This document shows positions 35,695 through 37,262 of a stretch of 37,262 nucleotides of DNA, piece after piece. Below the pieces are notes generated by a model, which worked only from the letters and a program-made list of their open reading frames with translations, searched no databases and was not told the DNA's origin. Position 1 is the stretch's first letter; each line of letters begins with the position of its first letter. The stretch spans positions 1 to 37,262 of IMG/VR virus record IMGVR_UViG_3300025012_000202. The stretch is one strand, 5' to 3'. The stretch is from a virus. Its lineage: Duplodnaviria; Caudoviricetes. The translations under genes and the position numbers were made by a program.

Positions 35695-35836
35695 ATTGAA
35701 CCACTCCCTTTCTTTTGTTGTAAAAAGTTATATAGTAATCTTACATAAATATAGAATTGACATAATTATACATTTACTTATATATACTATTTTACACCAA
35801 AAAACCTAAAAAAATAAGTGATTTTTATACGGATGT

Positions 35837-37261
35837 CTAAGGATTTCTATATTCTTTGTTTTTTCTTCCAACTGCATATAAAAATAGATTATTTTCCATC
35901 TTATCAAGTGTTATAAGAGTAAATCCTACATCTTCTATAAGAGCTTTTAAAGCATCCCCTGTATAGGAACAACTATGGTAATCCATAGATTCTACTTGTT
36001 CTCCATACATTGTTTTTATAAAATCAACATATTGCAAATGACCATTAACATATCTTTTCAAAATTTCTTCCAAATTAGTCGTTTTTATGATTATTTCGCC
36101 ACCAATTTCCATTTTATCATAGATTTTAACCAATAATTCTCCAACAGCATTAAAACTGATATGCTCTAAAATATCCTCTATTAGGACTAAGTATGGTCTG
36201 CTTTCCCCAAGTTTTTTACCAATATCAAAAATATCATCAGTTTTAATAGAAATGTTAATAAAATTTGGTATCCCCTTTGGGGAAACTGACAAATTTATTT
36301 TGGTCTTAAACTTGTCCACATATTCTAAAAAGCGTGGGTGAGTTTTCATAACTTCGGGGTGATTTCCTGTGAAAATTTCCGTATAACTTGGTTTACCAAA
36401 TAGATGATTTCCATATTTCTGTTCAACTTCTGTTGGATTATTATCCCAAGCCAACCACACATTTTCATACCAATTCTTCTGTTGTTGAAACCCTGGGGTT
36501 CCAGTATTTATATAATAATCTATTTTATCCTTAATTTGCTTATCTGTTCTAACATATGAGTAGTGATGAAAGCAAATATCTTGTGCAAATACAGAAGGAA
36601 TTTCTTCATCATTCTCTAATATTGGTAAGGTGTGTGTATTATATTTAATCTTCCCACAAATATCCAAATTGATCAATGACTTCCGACCAACAAATTGTTC
36701 CCAAATTCCCTTTGAAACATGTGACAAGTCCTTCCAAAAGTCTATGAAATTAAAGCAAAAAGCAGGAACCTGTGGATTACCAAATAGCAGATGTTCTATT
36801 TTTCTTAGGTTTTCCCCATCCCACACTTCATCCGAATCTATTACCCAACAGTAATCAAATCCTTGTAGCATTTCACAATATGTATTCCTCTGTTCAGTCT
36901 TATTAGAAAATTCTCTGCTAATAACTGTTATTTTATTCTGTGGATCATTGAATTGCATATTTTTTAAAATTTCTAAAGTTTTATCCGTTGAATTATTATC
37001 CACCACAATAATTTTAGCAACCATATCATAAATACTCTTTATTGAGTATGCTAAGAATTCCTCACTATCTTTCGTGATATAACATGCAACTATTCTTGGG
37101 TATTTTACAACTTTTCCGGTACGAACCCATTTCTGCTTAAAAATCTCATGGTTTCTTCCAAAGTGTTCAGCGGTTGGGCCTCCTGTAAAGGACTTAGATT
37201 GATGGTGGTATAAAAGTGCTTCAGCACAACAAATATTAGTGTAACCCAATTCTTTTGCTCT
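35837..37261 (-). CDS. Multidomain glycosyltransferase (GT2 + GT2 + methyltransferase-like), 5' truncated
   Basis: End of one GT2 domain (RAKELGY...LYHHQSKS); second with VVDNNSTDKT, IDSDE, HHYSY; C-terminal DILEH...GGEIIIKTTN. Confidence 0.85.
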   Translation of the reverse strand, partial: RAKELGYTNICCAEALLYHHQSKSFTGGPTAEHFGRNHEIFKQKWVRTGKVVKYPRIVACYITKDSEEFLAYSIKSIYDMVAKIIVVDNNSTDKTLEILKNMQFNDPQNKITVISREFSNKTEQRNTYCEMLQGFDYCWVIDSDEVWDGENLRKIEHLLFGNPQVPAFCFNFIDFWKDLSHVSKGIWEQFVGRKSLINLDICGKIKYNTHTLPILENDEEIPSVFAQDICFHHYSYVRTDKQIKDKIDYYINTGTPGFQQQKNWYENVWLAWDNNPTEVEQKYGNHLFGKPSYTEIFTGNHPEVMKTHPRFLEYVDKFKTKINLSVSPKGIPNFINISIKTDDIFDIGKKLGESRPYLVLIEDILEHISFNAVGELLVKIYDKMEIGGEIIIKTTNLEEILKRYVNGHLQYVDFIKTMYGEQVESMDYHSCSYTGDALKALIEDVGFTLITLDKMENNLFLYAVGRKNKEYRNP

Positions 37262-37262
37262 G

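Noticed and set aside
35757-35790. + strand TTGACA antisense promoter
   Set aside because: No good -10 at 17 nt spacing in very AT-rich DNA; cannot be supported.
1-37262. Stop-codon reassignment
   Set aside because: Long genes are intact in the standard code, and TAA, TAG and TGA all end genes at sensible positions.
1-37262. tRNA or rRNA genes
   Set aside because: Intergenic gaps are short and AT-rich, and none shows a cloverleaf or T-loop pattern by eye.

Overview
AT-rich fragment of a tailed dsDNA phage genome, probably siphovirus-like, read with the standard genetic code. A short + strand block (1-1674) holds a 5'-truncated tyrosine recombinase, an HNH endonuclease and two small genes. 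It converges with a long - strand block. In transcription order that block is: a multidomain glycosyltransferase; tail tube; G/GT tail chaperones with a -1 frameshift; tape measure protein; two paralogous distal-tail-like proteins; a Gly/Asn-repeat fibre; a large tail-tip protein; and holin-like genes. A replication/recombination module follows: 5'-3' exonuclease, DnaB, primase, beta-clamp, UDG-fused family A polymerase, clamp loader, UvsY-like, gp32-like SSB, RecA/UvsX, Hjc-type resolvase, SbcD and an SbcC split over separate genes. Five free-standing HNH-type endonucleases are scattered through it. The main leads are (1) strong Gly-Thr dipeptide enrichment in exposed tail proteins next to a phage glycosyltransferase, a candidate virion O-glycosylation system; (2) a GC-rich H-type pseudoknot abutting the RBS of the UvsY-like gene; (3) an apparent ACG start for the tail-tip gene; (4) repeated leaderless promoter architecture; (5) the split SbcC. 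All calls rest on motif reading by eye; no database searches were run.
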